48,713 bases of DNA, taken from Bacillales bacterium. GTDB lineage: Bacteria; Bacillota_I; Bacilli_A; RFN20; CAG-826. Where the stretch lies: NCBI GenBank assembly GCA_016290145.1, contig JAEESX010000002.1:1-48713 (forward strand), given 5' to 3'. The stretch's first letter is position 1. Every line of letters starts with the position of its first letter. The notes under the pieces are model-generated. The model saw only the letters and a list, made by a program, of their open reading frames with translations. It was not told the origin of the DNA and searched no databases. Both the position numbers and the translations under genes were made by a program. This document shows, one piece after another, positions 36,564 to 45,487 of this stretch.

Positions 36564-37844
36564 ATGTTGGACATTAATCGAATCCGTGAAAATCCAGAAA
36601 AAGTAAAAGAATTACTCAAAAGAAAAATGTGGGATACCGATTTCAAAGAATTATTGGAATGGGATGCCCAAAGAAAAGAATTGATTCAAAGTGTTGAAGG
36701 CAACAAAGCGGAAATGAATCGCTTATCCGCAAGTGTTCCTCAAGCTAAGAAAAATGGTGAAGATGTTTCTAAAATCTTCGCTAAAGTTAAAGAAATCGCA
36801 AAGAATAACGCTGAAAATGAAGCAAAATTAAAAGAATTAGATCAAAAGATCTATGACTTCATGGTTGTTCTTCCAAACATCCCAGATGAAGACCTCGTCG
36901 GTGGTGGCAAAGAGAATAACAAAGTTATTCACACATATGGCAAGAAACCAGAGTTTGGTTTCAAAATCAAAGACCATGTTGAATTAGCAGAATCCCTCGG
37001 ATTAGTCGACTATGAAAGAGGCGGAAAAATTGCTGGTCGTGGTAGCTGGATCTATACAAACTTAGGTGCCAGACTCGAATGGGCAATCTTAAATTTCTTC
37101 ATCAGCGAACACTTAAAAGATGGTTATGAATTTATCCTACCTCCTCATTTATTAAATGAGGAATCCGGATTAGTTGCTGGTCAATTCCCAAAATTTAAAG
37201 AAGATGTCTTCTGGCTTGAAGGACTTGAACCAAAGAGATTCTTATTACCAACCGCTGAAACAGCATTAGTTAACTTATACCGTAACGAAATCTTATCCGA
37301 AGATGACTTACCAAGAAAATTCTTCGCTTACACACCATGCTATCGTAGAGAAGCAGGTAGCTACCGTACTGAAGAAAGAGGTATGATTCGTGGTTATCAA
37401 TTCGACAAAGTCGAAATGGTTCAATACACCACACAAGAAGGCAGCGATGCAGCCTTCCAAGAATTAGTGAATAAAGCTGTTTCCTTAGTGGAAAAATTAG
37501 GCTTACACTTCCAAGTCAGTAAATTAGCAGCAGGTGACATCTCTCACTCCATGGCTAGAACATATGACATCGAAGTCTTTATTCCAAGTATTGGAATCTA
37601 TAAAGAAGTCAGCTCCGCAAGTAATGCTAGAGATTATCAAGCAAGACGCGGCATGATGCGTTATAGAGATAAAGCTACTGGTAAAACCAAATACATGCAC
37701 ACATTGAATGCTTCTGGCTTAGCCACAAGCCGTATCTTCCCAGCGATCTTAGAACAATATCAACAAGAAGATGGCTCAGTCTTAGTTCCTGAAGTTCTCC
37801 AACCATTCATGGGTGGTATCAAGGTCTTAAAACCAGTTAAATAA
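36564..37844 (+). CDS. serS: Seryl-tRNA synthetase
   Basis: N-terminal coiled coil (MLDINRIRENPE). Class II motifs: YRREAGSYRTEERGMIRGYQFDKVE and TLNASGLATSRIFPAILE. Confidence 0.95.
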   Translation: MLDINRIRENPEKVKELLKRKMWDTDFKELLEWDAQRKELIQSVEGNKAEMNRLSASVPQAKKNGEDVSKIFAKVKEIAKNNAENEAKLKELDQKIYDFMVVLPNIPDEDLVGGGKENNKVIHTYGKKPEFGFKIKDHVELAESLGLVDYERGGKIAGRGSWIYTNLGARLEWAILNFFISEHLKDGYEFILPPHLLNEESGLVAGQFPKFKEDVFWLEGLEPKRFLLPTAETALVNLYRNEILSEDDLPRKFFAYTPCYRREAGSYRTEERGMIRGYQFDKVEMVQYTTQEGSDAAFQELVNKAVSLVEKLGLHFQVSKLAAGDISHSMARTYDIEVFIPSIGIYKEVSSASNARDYQARRGMMRYRDKATGKTKYMHTLNASGLATSRIFPAILEQYQQEDGSVLVPEVLQPFMGGIKVLKPVK

Positions 37845-37859
37845 TTTTCAAAAATTAAA

Positions 37860-37883
37860 AGTACCGCTTTGCGGTATTTTTTA
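37860..37883 (+). terminator. Intrinsic terminator of serS
   Basis: TACCGC-TTT-GCGGTA hairpin followed by TTTTTT. Confidence 0.65.
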
Positions 37884-37941
37884 TTAAATTGTTTTCTTAT
37901 CTAATTCATATAGAATAGATAACGGTGTGGAGGAATTCACT

Positions 37942-38472
37942 ATGAAAAAGAAACTTCCAATTATTTTCTCAGCGGCAGCGGTATTAACCATCACAGCAAG
38001 CTTAGGATTTGCGTTTAGAAATAACATCAAACCTCAAACAGCGAGCGCTACAGAATATCAAATTCAATTCACTGCAAATGATGTTGATGAAACGGAGTCT
38101 GAAATGATCAATACAAACATTGCATGGATTTATTTCGAAAAAGAAACACCTAAAGGAAACACGTTTGGTTTAGATGACTATGGAATTCTTTATGGAGAAA
38201 GTCTTTCTTGGAAAGAAAACAACCACATATTCACCATTGAAGACGGAGCCGGAGACGGTCACTATTCTCTTTCATTTAAATTCAATCTTGAAATGGCGAC
38301 GTTTGATCACATTACTTTTCTAGGAAGTTTTACCTCAGGATATGGCGAAAACACAACTACAACAACATATATTACTTATAATGAAATAACTGTTTACGGG
38401 TATGTTACTTGCTATCTTGGCGGAATCTCTACTGCAACAGTTGATCAGATAAACGTTGTTTATCACTGTTAA
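37942..38472 (+). CDS. Hypothetical secreted protein (signal peptide, no recognisable domain)
   Basis: GGAGG 8 nt before ATG 37942. MKKKLPIIFSAAAVLTITASLGFAF signal-like N-terminus with an ASA cleavage-like site. I recognise no family. Confidence 0.5.
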   Translation: MKKKLPIIFSAAAVLTITASLGFAFRNNIKPQTASATEYQIQFTANDVDETESEMINTNIAWIYFEKETPKGNTFGLDDYGILYGESLSWKENNHIFTIEDGAGDGHYSLSFKFNLEMATFDHITFLGSFTSGYGENTTTTTYITYNEITVYGYVTCYLGGISTATVDQINVVYHC

Positions 38473-38482
38473 TTAGCAAAAC

Positions 38483-38501
38483 GAGGAGAAATCCTCTTTT
38501 T
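38483..38501 (+). terminator. Intrinsic terminator after the hypothetical secreted protein gene
   Basis: GAGGA-GAAA-TCCTC hairpin followed by TTTTT. Confidence 0.5.
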
Positions 38502-38512
38502 GTTTGTCTTTA

Positions 38513-38542
38513 TTGATAAACAAAACAACTATGTTATATAAT
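38513..38542 (+). promoter_or_regulatory. Putative promoter of the SRP RNA
   Basis: TTGATA (38513-18), an 18-nt spacer, then TATAAT (38537-42), just upstream of the predicted RNA 5' end. Confidence 0.5.
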
Positions 38543-38544
38543 TA

Positions 38545-38631
38545 CACCGCCATCGCGATGGGTATCTATGAACCAGGTCAGGGCAGGAATGCAGCAGCCT
38601 TAAGTATCTTATTCATGTGCGGTGGTTTGTT
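38545..38631 (+). ncRNA. ffs: Small (4.5S-type) signal recognition particle RNA
   Basis: Domain IV core CCAGGUCAGG-GCA-GGAA-UGC-AGCAGCC matches the 4.5S consensus CCAGGUCAGGUCCGGAAGGAAGCAGCC at equal spacing, with a GGAA tetraloop. Closing helix CACCGC/GCGGTG, then a U-run. Confidence 0.85.
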
Positions 38632-38634
38632 TTT

Positions 38635-39093
38635 ATGGAAAAATACATTAAATACATGAAAGAAGCTCTCAAGGAAGCTAAGAAAGCGGAATTGATTGAT
38701 GAAGTTCCTATCGGATGTGTCATTGTTAAAGATGGTAAGATTATCGCTCGTGGACATAATCAAAGAGAGACAAATCAAAGCCCAATTGGACACGCAGAAA
38801 TCATCGCAATCAATAAGGCTAGCAAGAAACTAAATAGCTGGAGACTTGAAGGATGTGACATTTATGTCACTTTAGAACCATGCATTATGTGTAGTGGGGC
38901 GATTATCCAATCAAGAATCAATAAAGTGTATTATGGTGCTTCTGATCCAAAAGGCGGTGCACTTGGATCATCAATAAATGTCCTTGAGGCAAATAACATT
39001 AATCATCATCCTGAAGTGATATCTGGTGTTCTAAAAGAAGAATGTTCTTCAATAATCACAAGCTACTTCAAAGCTAAAAGGCAAAGTAAATGA
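38635..39093 (+). CDS. tadA: tRNA-specific adenosine deaminase TadA
   Basis: MEKYIKYMKEALKEAKKA aligns with the B. subtilis TadA N-terminus. Zinc motifs HAEIIAI and PCIMCSGAI. The listed upstream extension would overlap the SRP RNA. Confidence 0.92.
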   Translation: MEKYIKYMKEALKEAKKAELIDEVPIGCVIVKDGKIIARGHNQRETNQSPIGHAEIIAINKASKKLNSWRLEGCDIYVTLEPCIMCSGAIIQSRINKVYYGASDPKGGALGSSINVLEANNINHHPEVISGVLKEECSSIITSYFKAKRQSK

Positions 39094-39094
39094 C

Positions 39095-39128
39095 AAACTT
39101 GGACTTAACAATTGAGTCCAAGTTTTTT
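39095..39128 (+). terminator. Intrinsic terminator of tadA
   Basis: AAACTTGGACT-N9-AGTCCAAGTTT 11-bp stem followed by a T-run. Confidence 0.75.
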
Positions 39129-39147
39129 ATTATATAAACACACGTAT

Positions 39148-41640
39148 ATGAAAAACGAAGAACGTATTGAAAGAGTATTACCTCCTTTAACAAAAGGTCT
39201 TTCTAAAGAACAAGTTGAAGAGAGAAAGAAATTAGGTTTAGTTAACAAAACAAAAGTGGTTGTTGGCAAAACCTATTTTGAAATTATTCTCACCGACGTT
39301 TTTTCTTTGTTTAATATTCTCTTATTCTGTGTTGCTGGTTTAATGATTGCCGCACAATACTGGGTAGGGCTTACTTTCTTAGTGGTCTTAATTCCTAATA
39401 TCGGTTTAAGTTTGTACGAAGATATTAAAGCCCGTCATTTAATGAGCAAACTCAGAGTTCTCAATCAACCAAAACACCTAGTTATTAGAGGTGGAGAACA
39501 AGTTACTATTCAAGCCAAAGATATCGTTCTTGATGATTTGATTTGTTTAGAAAGTGGAAACCAAATTTCCGTTGATGGTGCATTACTAAGCGGTTCTTTA
39601 ATCGTTAATGAATCCGCACTTACTGGTGAATCTAAAAACATCGTGAAGAATCCTGGCGACTTCTTATATTCAGGTTCATTTGTGGTGTCCGGAAACGGGA
39701 ACATGCGTGCCGAAAAGATCGGTGAAGAAAGCTATATTGAAACAATTCAATCTAAGGCCAAGAAATTCAAACGTTCACCATCTGAAATATTGAAAACATT
39801 AACTTGGTTATTTAGAATCATTGCTTCTATCGTTGTTACCTTAGCTTTAGCTACAGGAATTATCTACTTCGTTAAAGGTGGATTCACTGAAAATGGCGCA
39901 TTCAATTACGCTGAATTCAAAGAATCAATTAAAGGTATCTCTGGAAGTATGATTTCCATGATTCCTGCTGGTCTATATTTATTAGCGTCTGTCGCTCTTG
40001 CGGTTGCGGTTCTTAAACTCTCTAAGAAAGGCGCTAGAGTACAAGATTTCTACTCAGTAGAAATGTTAGCAAGAACCACAGTTTTATGTGCCGATAAGAC
40101 AGGCACAATCACAGACGGAAATATGGAAGTTAAGAAAGTCTTAATTATTGGTCCAGATAAATGCACAACCGAAGACATCTCTCAAATCATGTCTAACTTA
40201 TTGCACGCCACAAAAGACAATAACTTTACCGCTCAAGCATTAAAGAAATACTTCAACTATGAATCCACAAAAGGTGTGGTGGAGGCATTACCATTCAACA
40301 GTGAAAACAAATACTCCGCTGCGACATTTAAAGGTGGAGAAACCTATGTATTAGGTGCTCAAGAATTCTTGAATATTCCTAACTTGAATTCACTCGTTTT
40401 AAGAAGTGAAGAATACACCAACAATGGTGATAGAGTTTTAGTCTTAGCCAAATCATCTAAACCAATCAAAGATAGCAAGATTCAAAATGAAGTAAATCCA
40501 ATTGCGTTAATAATCTTACAAGACCATATTCGTGAAAACGCCATCGAAACATTTAAATGGTTTAAAGACAACGGTGTGAAAATCAAAGTCATTTCTGGAG
40601 ATGATCCAAAGACCGTTAGTCATATTGCTTCTGAAGTTGGTATTGAAGGTGCTGAAAGATATATTTCTCTTGCGGGATTAAGTGATGATGAAGTTGCTAA
40701 AGTTGCCCCATTATATGACATCTTTGGCAGAGTGAATCCTGACCAAAAAGAAATTATCGTTCAAGCCTTAAAGAATGAAGGCGAAAAAGTCGCCATGACA
40801 GGTGATGGTGTTAACGACATCTTGGCCTTAAAACGTGCAGACTGTAGTATCGCTATGAACAACGGTTCTGAAGCAGCGAAAAACGTTTCACACATCGTTT
40901 TAACAAATTCTGATTTCAACTCATTACCAAGCGTAGTCGCTGAAGGTAGAAGAGTTATCAATAATTTACAAAGAACATCTTCATTATTCTTAGTGAAGAC
41001 TATGTTCTCTATGACCACAACATTAGTGTTCTTAATTTTGTTCGCAATATTAGGTAAAGAATTTAAATATCCATTCGAAGCTACACACTTCCAATTATGG
41101 AGTCTCATTAATATTGGTTTATCATCATTCTTCTTAGCATTAGAACCAAATCAAGAACCACTCAAAGGAAGCTTTATTGGAAGTATTCTTAGAAAAGCCG
41201 TTCCCGGCTTTGCCACAATTATAATTTCAGTAGCCTCTATCTACATGCTTCATATCTTCCAAGACAACACCATTCAATACACAGGCGTGTATGAAATGCA
41301 TACTGCTGCAACAATGAGTGTTATTGTCTTTACAGTATTAGGCTTAGTGGTCTTATTAAAAATCTGTTTACCATTTAATAAATATCGCGCCATCGTATTT
41401 GCTGGTGCTGCAACTGTAGAAGTTAGTTTATTAGTGGCAGCAGGATTCATTTCATTCAAGGTTAGTGACACTGAATCATTTGTTTATAAGTTCCTCACAT
41501 TTGGTATCGACTTCCCGTCTCTAACATTAGTTAACTGGTTTGCAATTGCTATAATTATAGTGTTAGCAGTAGCCATATATTTAATCGTTTCATACGTCGT
41601 TGAAGTATTTAAAGGAGAACATCAAAATGCTAAAGATTAA
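39148..41640 (+). CDS. Cation-translocating P-type ATPase, specificity unknown
   Basis: TGES actuator motif (ALTGESKN), phosphorylation site DKTGTITDG, hinge TGDGVNDILALKRAD. Start taken at ATG 39148, downstream of the tadA terminator. No clear SD. Confidence 0.85.
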   Translation: MKNEERIERVLPPLTKGLSKEQVEERKKLGLVNKTKVVVGKTYFEIILTDVFSLFNILLFCVAGLMIAAQYWVGLTFLVVLIPNIGLSLYEDIKARHLMSKLRVLNQPKHLVIRGGEQVTIQAKDIVLDDLICLESGNQISVDGALLSGSLIVNESALTGESKNIVKNPGDFLYSGSFVVSGNGNMRAEKIGEESYIETIQSKAKKFKRSPSEILKTLTWLFRIIASIVVTLALATGIIYFVKGGFTENGAFNYAEFKESIKGISGSMISMIPAGLYLLASVALAVAVLKLSKKGARVQDFYSVEMLARTTVLCADKTGTITDGNMEVKKVLIIGPDKCTTEDISQIMSNLLHATKDNNFTAQALKKYFNYESTKGVVEALPFNSENKYSAATFKGGETYVLGAQEFLNIPNLNSLVLRSEEYTNNGDRVLVLAKSSKPIKDSKIQNEVNPIALIILQDHIRENAIETFKWFKDNGVKIKVISGDDPKTVSHIASEVGIEGAERYISLAGLSDDEVAKVAPLYDIFGRVNPDQKEIIVQALKNEGEKVAMTGDGVNDILALKRADCSIAMNNGSEAAKNVSHIVLTNSDFNSLPSVVAEGRRVINNLQRTSSLFLVKTMFSMTTTLVFLILFAILGKEFKYPFEATHFQLWSLINIGLSSFFLALEPNQEPLKGSFIGSILRKAVPGFATIIISVASIYMLHIFQDNTIQYTGVYEMHTAATMSVIVFTVLGLVVLLKICLPFNKYRAIVFAGAATVEVSLLVAAGFISFKVSDTESFVYKFLTFGIDFPSLTLVNWFAIAIIIVLAVAIYLIVSYVVEVFKGEHQNAKD

Positions 41641-42532
41641 TCCAGAAGTATTATCCGCTATTAAGGAAAATAGACCTGTCGTAGCGTTAGAAAGTACCAT
41701 CATCAGTCATGGTATGCCATATCCAAAGAATGTCCAAACCGCATTAGAAGTGGAAAGAGTCATTCGTGAACATGGTGCAGTTCCTGCAACCATCGGTATC
41801 ATCGATGGTGATGCCATCGTTGGGATGACACCAGAAGAAATTGAACAATTTGGCAAGAGAAAAGGAATTATTAAAGTTTCTCGTAGAGATTTACCAGTTG
41901 TCTATGCTAAGAAATTATGGGCCGCAACAACAGTGGCCGCTACAATGATCATCGCTAACCAAGCCGGTATCAAATTATTCGTTACAGGTGGTATTGGTGG
42001 TGTTCATAGAGGCGCACAAGAAACTATGGATATCTCCGCTGACTTACAAGAATTAGCGAAGACTAATGTTACAGTGGTTTGTGCCGGTGCTAAAGCCATC
42101 TTAGATTTACCATTAACACTTGAATACTTAGAAACAATGGGTGTTCCAGTGCTTGGATATAAAACAGAAGAATTGCCAGCATTCTATACCGCTCATAGTG
42201 GACTCAAAGTTGATTACAAATTAGAGGACGCTAAAGAAGCGGCATTAGCAATGTTTGAAAAAGAAAAGAATAATCTCCAAGGTGGTATCTTAATCTGTAA
42301 CCCAATCCCAGAAGAATATTCTATGGATAAGAAAGTCATCGATGAGGCAATTGAAAAAGCCTTAAAGATGATGAATGAACAAGGTATTAAAGGTAAAGAA
42401 ACCACTCCATTCTTATTAAAGACAATCGTCGAATTAACAGGTGGAGATTCATTAGAATCAAATATCAAATTAGTATTAAATAACGCCGCAGTTGGCTCAG
42501 AGATAATCAAGGAGTATTGTAAACTCAAATAA
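41627..42532 (+). CDS. psuG: Pseudouridine-5'-phosphate glycosidase
   Basis: VALESTIISHGMPYPKN and FVTGGIGGVHRG are canonical PsuG/IndA motifs. AGGAG 9 nt before ATG 41627. Overlaps the ATPase 3' end by 14 nt. Confidence 0.9.
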   Translation: MLKINPEVLSAIKENRPVVALESTIISHGMPYPKNVQTALEVERVIREHGAVPATIGIIDGDAIVGMTPEEIEQFGKRKGIIKVSRRDLPVVYAKKLWAATTVAATMIIANQAGIKLFVTGGIGGVHRGAQETMDISADLQELAKTNVTVVCAGAKAILDLPLTLEYLETMGVPVLGYKTEELPAFYTAHSGLKVDYKLEDAKEAALAMFEKEKNNLQGGILICNPIPEEYSMDKKVIDEAIEKALKMMNEQGIKGKETTPFLLKTIVELTGGDSLESNIKLVLNNAAVGSEIIKEYCKLK

Positions 42533-43089
42533 TGAAAACCGAATATCGTTTAGCGGAAGCTCTTAAGAATATGATGTCTGAAGTCCCATTGGACTCTATT
42601 TCAGTGACGACTCTTACAAAGAAATGTAAGGTCAATCGTCAGACATTTTATTATCACTTCCACGATATTTATGATTTATTAACTTTGATTTTCTTAAATG
42701 AAGAAATTCCTGAATTAGAAGAAGCACAAAATGTTAATGACGCACTTGTCTATATCTATAAGTATTACTTAAAGAATAAAGGCTTCATTGATGCCACGCT
42801 TAACTCCGCAGGTAAAGAACTCGCTGAAGAATTTATTTATAACGTTTGCTATAAAACATTCTTAAGATTTATCAATCAAATTCAAGATTCCAAGAAGTTA
42901 CATATCAACGATCGTAAATCAATCGCGAGATTCTATGCTTTAGGATATTCACATTCGATCATCTATTACTTAGCGACATATAAGAGTAAATCATTAGAAG
43001 GTTTATTGAATTGCTTCTTATTTGAATCAAGTAATGCATTTGCGGATGCCGTTAATCGCTTATTAATTATTAGGAGTAAACAAAAATGA
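42532..43089 (+). CDS. TetR-family transcriptional regulator (DhaS-like subgroup)
   Basis: N-terminal HTH SISVTTLTKKCKVNRQTFYYHFHDIYDL. 185 aa. The ATG overlaps the psuG TAA by 1 nt. Confidence 0.75.
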   Translation: MKTEYRLAEALKNMMSEVPLDSISVTTLTKKCKVNRQTFYYHFHDIYDLLTLIFLNEEIPELEEAQNVNDALVYIYKYYLKNKGFIDATLNSAGKELAEEFIYNVCYKTFLRFINQIQDSKKLHINDRKSIARFYALGYSHSIIYYLATYKSKSLEGLLNCFLFESSNAFADAVNRLLIIRSKQK

Positions 43090-44258
43090 TCGATTTTAAT
43101 CTCCAAATTAAAACCAAACTTTACTTCGGCCCTGATAAGGAAGACCTCATTGGGGACATTTTAAGCGACGAAAAAGTTAAAAGAGTATTAATTATCATCG
43201 GCGAAGGTTCCGTGAAGAAAAACGGCCTATTAACTAAAGTTATTACCAAAATAGAAGCAAAGAACATCAAATATTTCTTACTTGAAGGCGTTAGACCCAA
43301 TCCAACCGTGGATTTTGTGAGAGAAAACATCTATCAAGTGAGAGAATTCCAGCCAGACTTTATCTTAGCCATCGGTGGTGGTTCCGTTATTGATACCGCT
43401 AAACTTATCGCGTGCGTATATGACTATGATGGAAATGTCTTTGATTTCAATTCACATAAAGCAAAACCCACAAAAGCATTACCAGTTGGTGTTATCTTAA
43501 CTATCGCCGCAGCGGGAAGTGAAATGTCTACATCCTGTGTTATTCAAGATGATAGAGCGGGTAGAAAAGCCGGATTCAATTCCGATTTAGTAAGACCAGT
43601 ATTTGCGATTGAAAATCCAAAACTAACATATAGTGTCTCGCCATATCAAACAGCGTGTGGCATTGTGGATATCATGATGCACACTTTAGAAAGATATATG
43701 CAACCATCTAGTGAGAATGAACCTGCAGATGGATTTGCGGAATCATTATTAAAGTCAGTTATTAAAGCCGGTCAAAAGGTTATGAGAAATCCAGAAGACT
43801 ATGAATCAAGAGCGGTCTTGATGTTAATGTCCTCTTTGTCGCATAATGGTTTAACAAATATTGGAAAACCATTTGGCATGCCTGTTCATCAATTAGAACA
43901 TGGTCTTTCCGGTATGTATAAAACTATTGCCCATGGTGCAGGTCTTGCTGTATTATGGCCAGCGTGGGCAAAGTATTATGTCCAATACGATATTGATAAG
44001 TTTGATCAATACGCAAGAAACGTTTGGAACTTACAAAATCCAGACAAAAAAGAAAACGCCTTACAAGGTATTAAATTAACAGAAGAATTTTTCCGTTATA
44101 TAGGTATGCCTTCTCGACTTATGGAATTCAAAGTCGGCGCAATCGATATAGATGGTTTAATTAATAAATTAACGGATAACGGCACACGTGTAGTGGCTCA
44201 TCCTGTTAAACCACTCGACGGAGAAGTAGCAAGAATTATTTATAACTCTTGCCTATAG
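43086..44258 (+). CDS. Iron-containing (group III) alcohol dehydrogenase, butanol-dehydrogenase-like
   Basis: GGGSVIDTAK dinucleotide motif and His-rich metal site (HTLERY, HQLEHGLS, HGAGLA). ATGA overlap with the TetR gene. Confidence 0.85.
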   Translation: MIDFNLQIKTKLYFGPDKEDLIGDILSDEKVKRVLIIIGEGSVKKNGLLTKVITKIEAKNIKYFLLEGVRPNPTVDFVRENIYQVREFQPDFILAIGGGSVIDTAKLIACVYDYDGNVFDFNSHKAKPTKALPVGVILTIAAAGSEMSTSCVIQDDRAGRKAGFNSDLVRPVFAIENPKLTYSVSPYQTACGIVDIMMHTLERYMQPSSENEPADGFAESLLKSVIKAGQKVMRNPEDYESRAVLMLMSSLSHNGLTNIGKPFGMPVHQLEHGLSGMYKTIAHGAGLAVLWPAWAKYYVQYDIDKFDQYARNVWNLQNPDKKENALQGIKLTEEFFRYIGMPSRLMEFKVGAIDIDGLINKLTDNGTRVVAHPVKPLDGEVARIIYNSCL

Positions 44259-44273
44259 AAAGAAGGTGCTCTT

Positions 44274-45440
44274 ATGAGAAAAGAAGATGTATCAGGAATT
44301 ATTGTTTACGTATTAATACTCGCTATTGCGGTAGTGTTTGGTATTACCGTTTTGCGTGAGCATGCGATGAACTCTGGATTAGATACCGTCATTTATGTCA
44401 TCTATATTTTCGGTGCAATTTTATCTGGCGTTTTATTTAATGCTGTCATGTATGAAATGGCGCACATCGCCGGTGCCAAGGCGGGCAGATATGACATCAT
44501 ATCTGTGGACATCCTAGGTTTGCTTTGGTATAGAGAAGAAGGTAAGACAAAATTCAAATTCAAAGGTTATGATGGCTTAACTGGTGAAACAGTTATTCTA
44601 CCCAAAAAAGACGTCAAGAAAGAACCAAATCCAACACCATATTTATTGTTCGGTTCATTGTTCTACGCTGTTGAAATTATTATTATCGTTGTGGTCTTTA
44701 CCCTTTATAGAAACGACGATTTATTAAAGAACCTCGCCTATTTCTTATTAGTCATGGGTGTTATCGGTGGAATGATCCTAATTTATAACATTATTCCTAT
44801 TAGATTGGATGCAATGACAGATGGTTATCGTATGAGAATGACTGGCAACGCTGCCAACAAAAAAGCCTTTAACGAACTATTACGTGTTGAGTACGCAATT
44901 AGTCAAGGGGCCACAGATGTAGAGATTGCAACATTCACAGAAATCACCAATTTTACCGCAGATCTCAACTTAAATAAGGTTTATATGCTTTTAGAGCAGA
45001 AGAAATTTGCGGAAGCGGAAGAGCTTATTGATATCATCTTAAATGGTAAGGCAACCATCTCCGAAAAGGTGTACGTCAGGGCTAGATGCCAAAAGATTTA
45101 TATCAACATCATGACTAGACCTCTTGAAGAAGCAAAAGAGTTCTATGAAAAAGAAGTCCCGATGGTTGAAAGAAGAGATATCTCTAATGACAGATCAATG
45201 GTTAGTGTTCGTACTTATCTCTTAATGTCTGGCTTATTAGATGGTAGTAAGAGCGAATGTCTATACGCGATTAATGACGTGGGAAAATGTTTTGGTAACA
45301 CACCTAAGAGCAGAAAGAAAACTGAAGCGTTATTATTCAACGCCGCTATTGACAAGATCAACGAATTACATCCTTCCTGGAAGCTGACAGAGTACTACAT
45401 TAATTACGAAGAGAAGCCCGAGAAGAAAAAGAAGAAATAA
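44274..45440 (+). CDS. Polytopic membrane protein with degenerate S2P/M50-like motifs and a soluble helical C-terminal domain
   Basis: TM helix carrying YEMAH (44451-44465) where S2P proteases have HExxH. A later TM carries NIIPIRLDAMTDG (from 44787), resembling NxxPxxxLDG. The C-terminal 190 aa or so are helical and TPR-like by eye. Confidence 0.5.
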   Translation: MRKEDVSGIIVYVLILAIAVVFGITVLREHAMNSGLDTVIYVIYIFGAILSGVLFNAVMYEMAHIAGAKAGRYDIISVDILGLLWYREEGKTKFKFKGYDGLTGETVILPKKDVKKEPNPTPYLLFGSLFYAVEIIIIVVVFTLYRNDDLLKNLAYFLLVMGVIGGMILIYNIIPIRLDAMTDGYRMRMTGNAANKKAFNELLRVEYAISQGATDVEIATFTEITNFTADLNLNKVYMLLEQKKFAEAEELIDIILNGKATISEKVYVRARCQKIYINIMTRPLEEAKEFYEKEVPMVERRDISNDRSMVSVRTYLLMSGLLDGSKSECLYAINDVGKCFGNTPKSRKKTEALLFNAAIDKINELHPSWKLTEYYINYEEKPEKKKKK

Positions 45441-45470
45441 AAAAGCGAATTCAAAATTCGCTTTTCTTTT
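45441..45470. terminator. Bidirectional terminator between convergent genes
   Basis: AGCGAATT-CAA-AATTCGCT perfect 8-bp hairpin flanked by AAAA and TTTTCTTTT. Confidence 0.7.
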
Positions 45471-45487
45471 ATAAACTTTGTTTATAA

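Noticed and set aside
38617-38634. Upstream start for tadA listed in the ORF track (MRWFVFM...)
   Set aside because: It would place coding sequence inside the SRP RNA 3' helix and U-tail. Alignment with B. subtilis TadA supports the Met at 38635.
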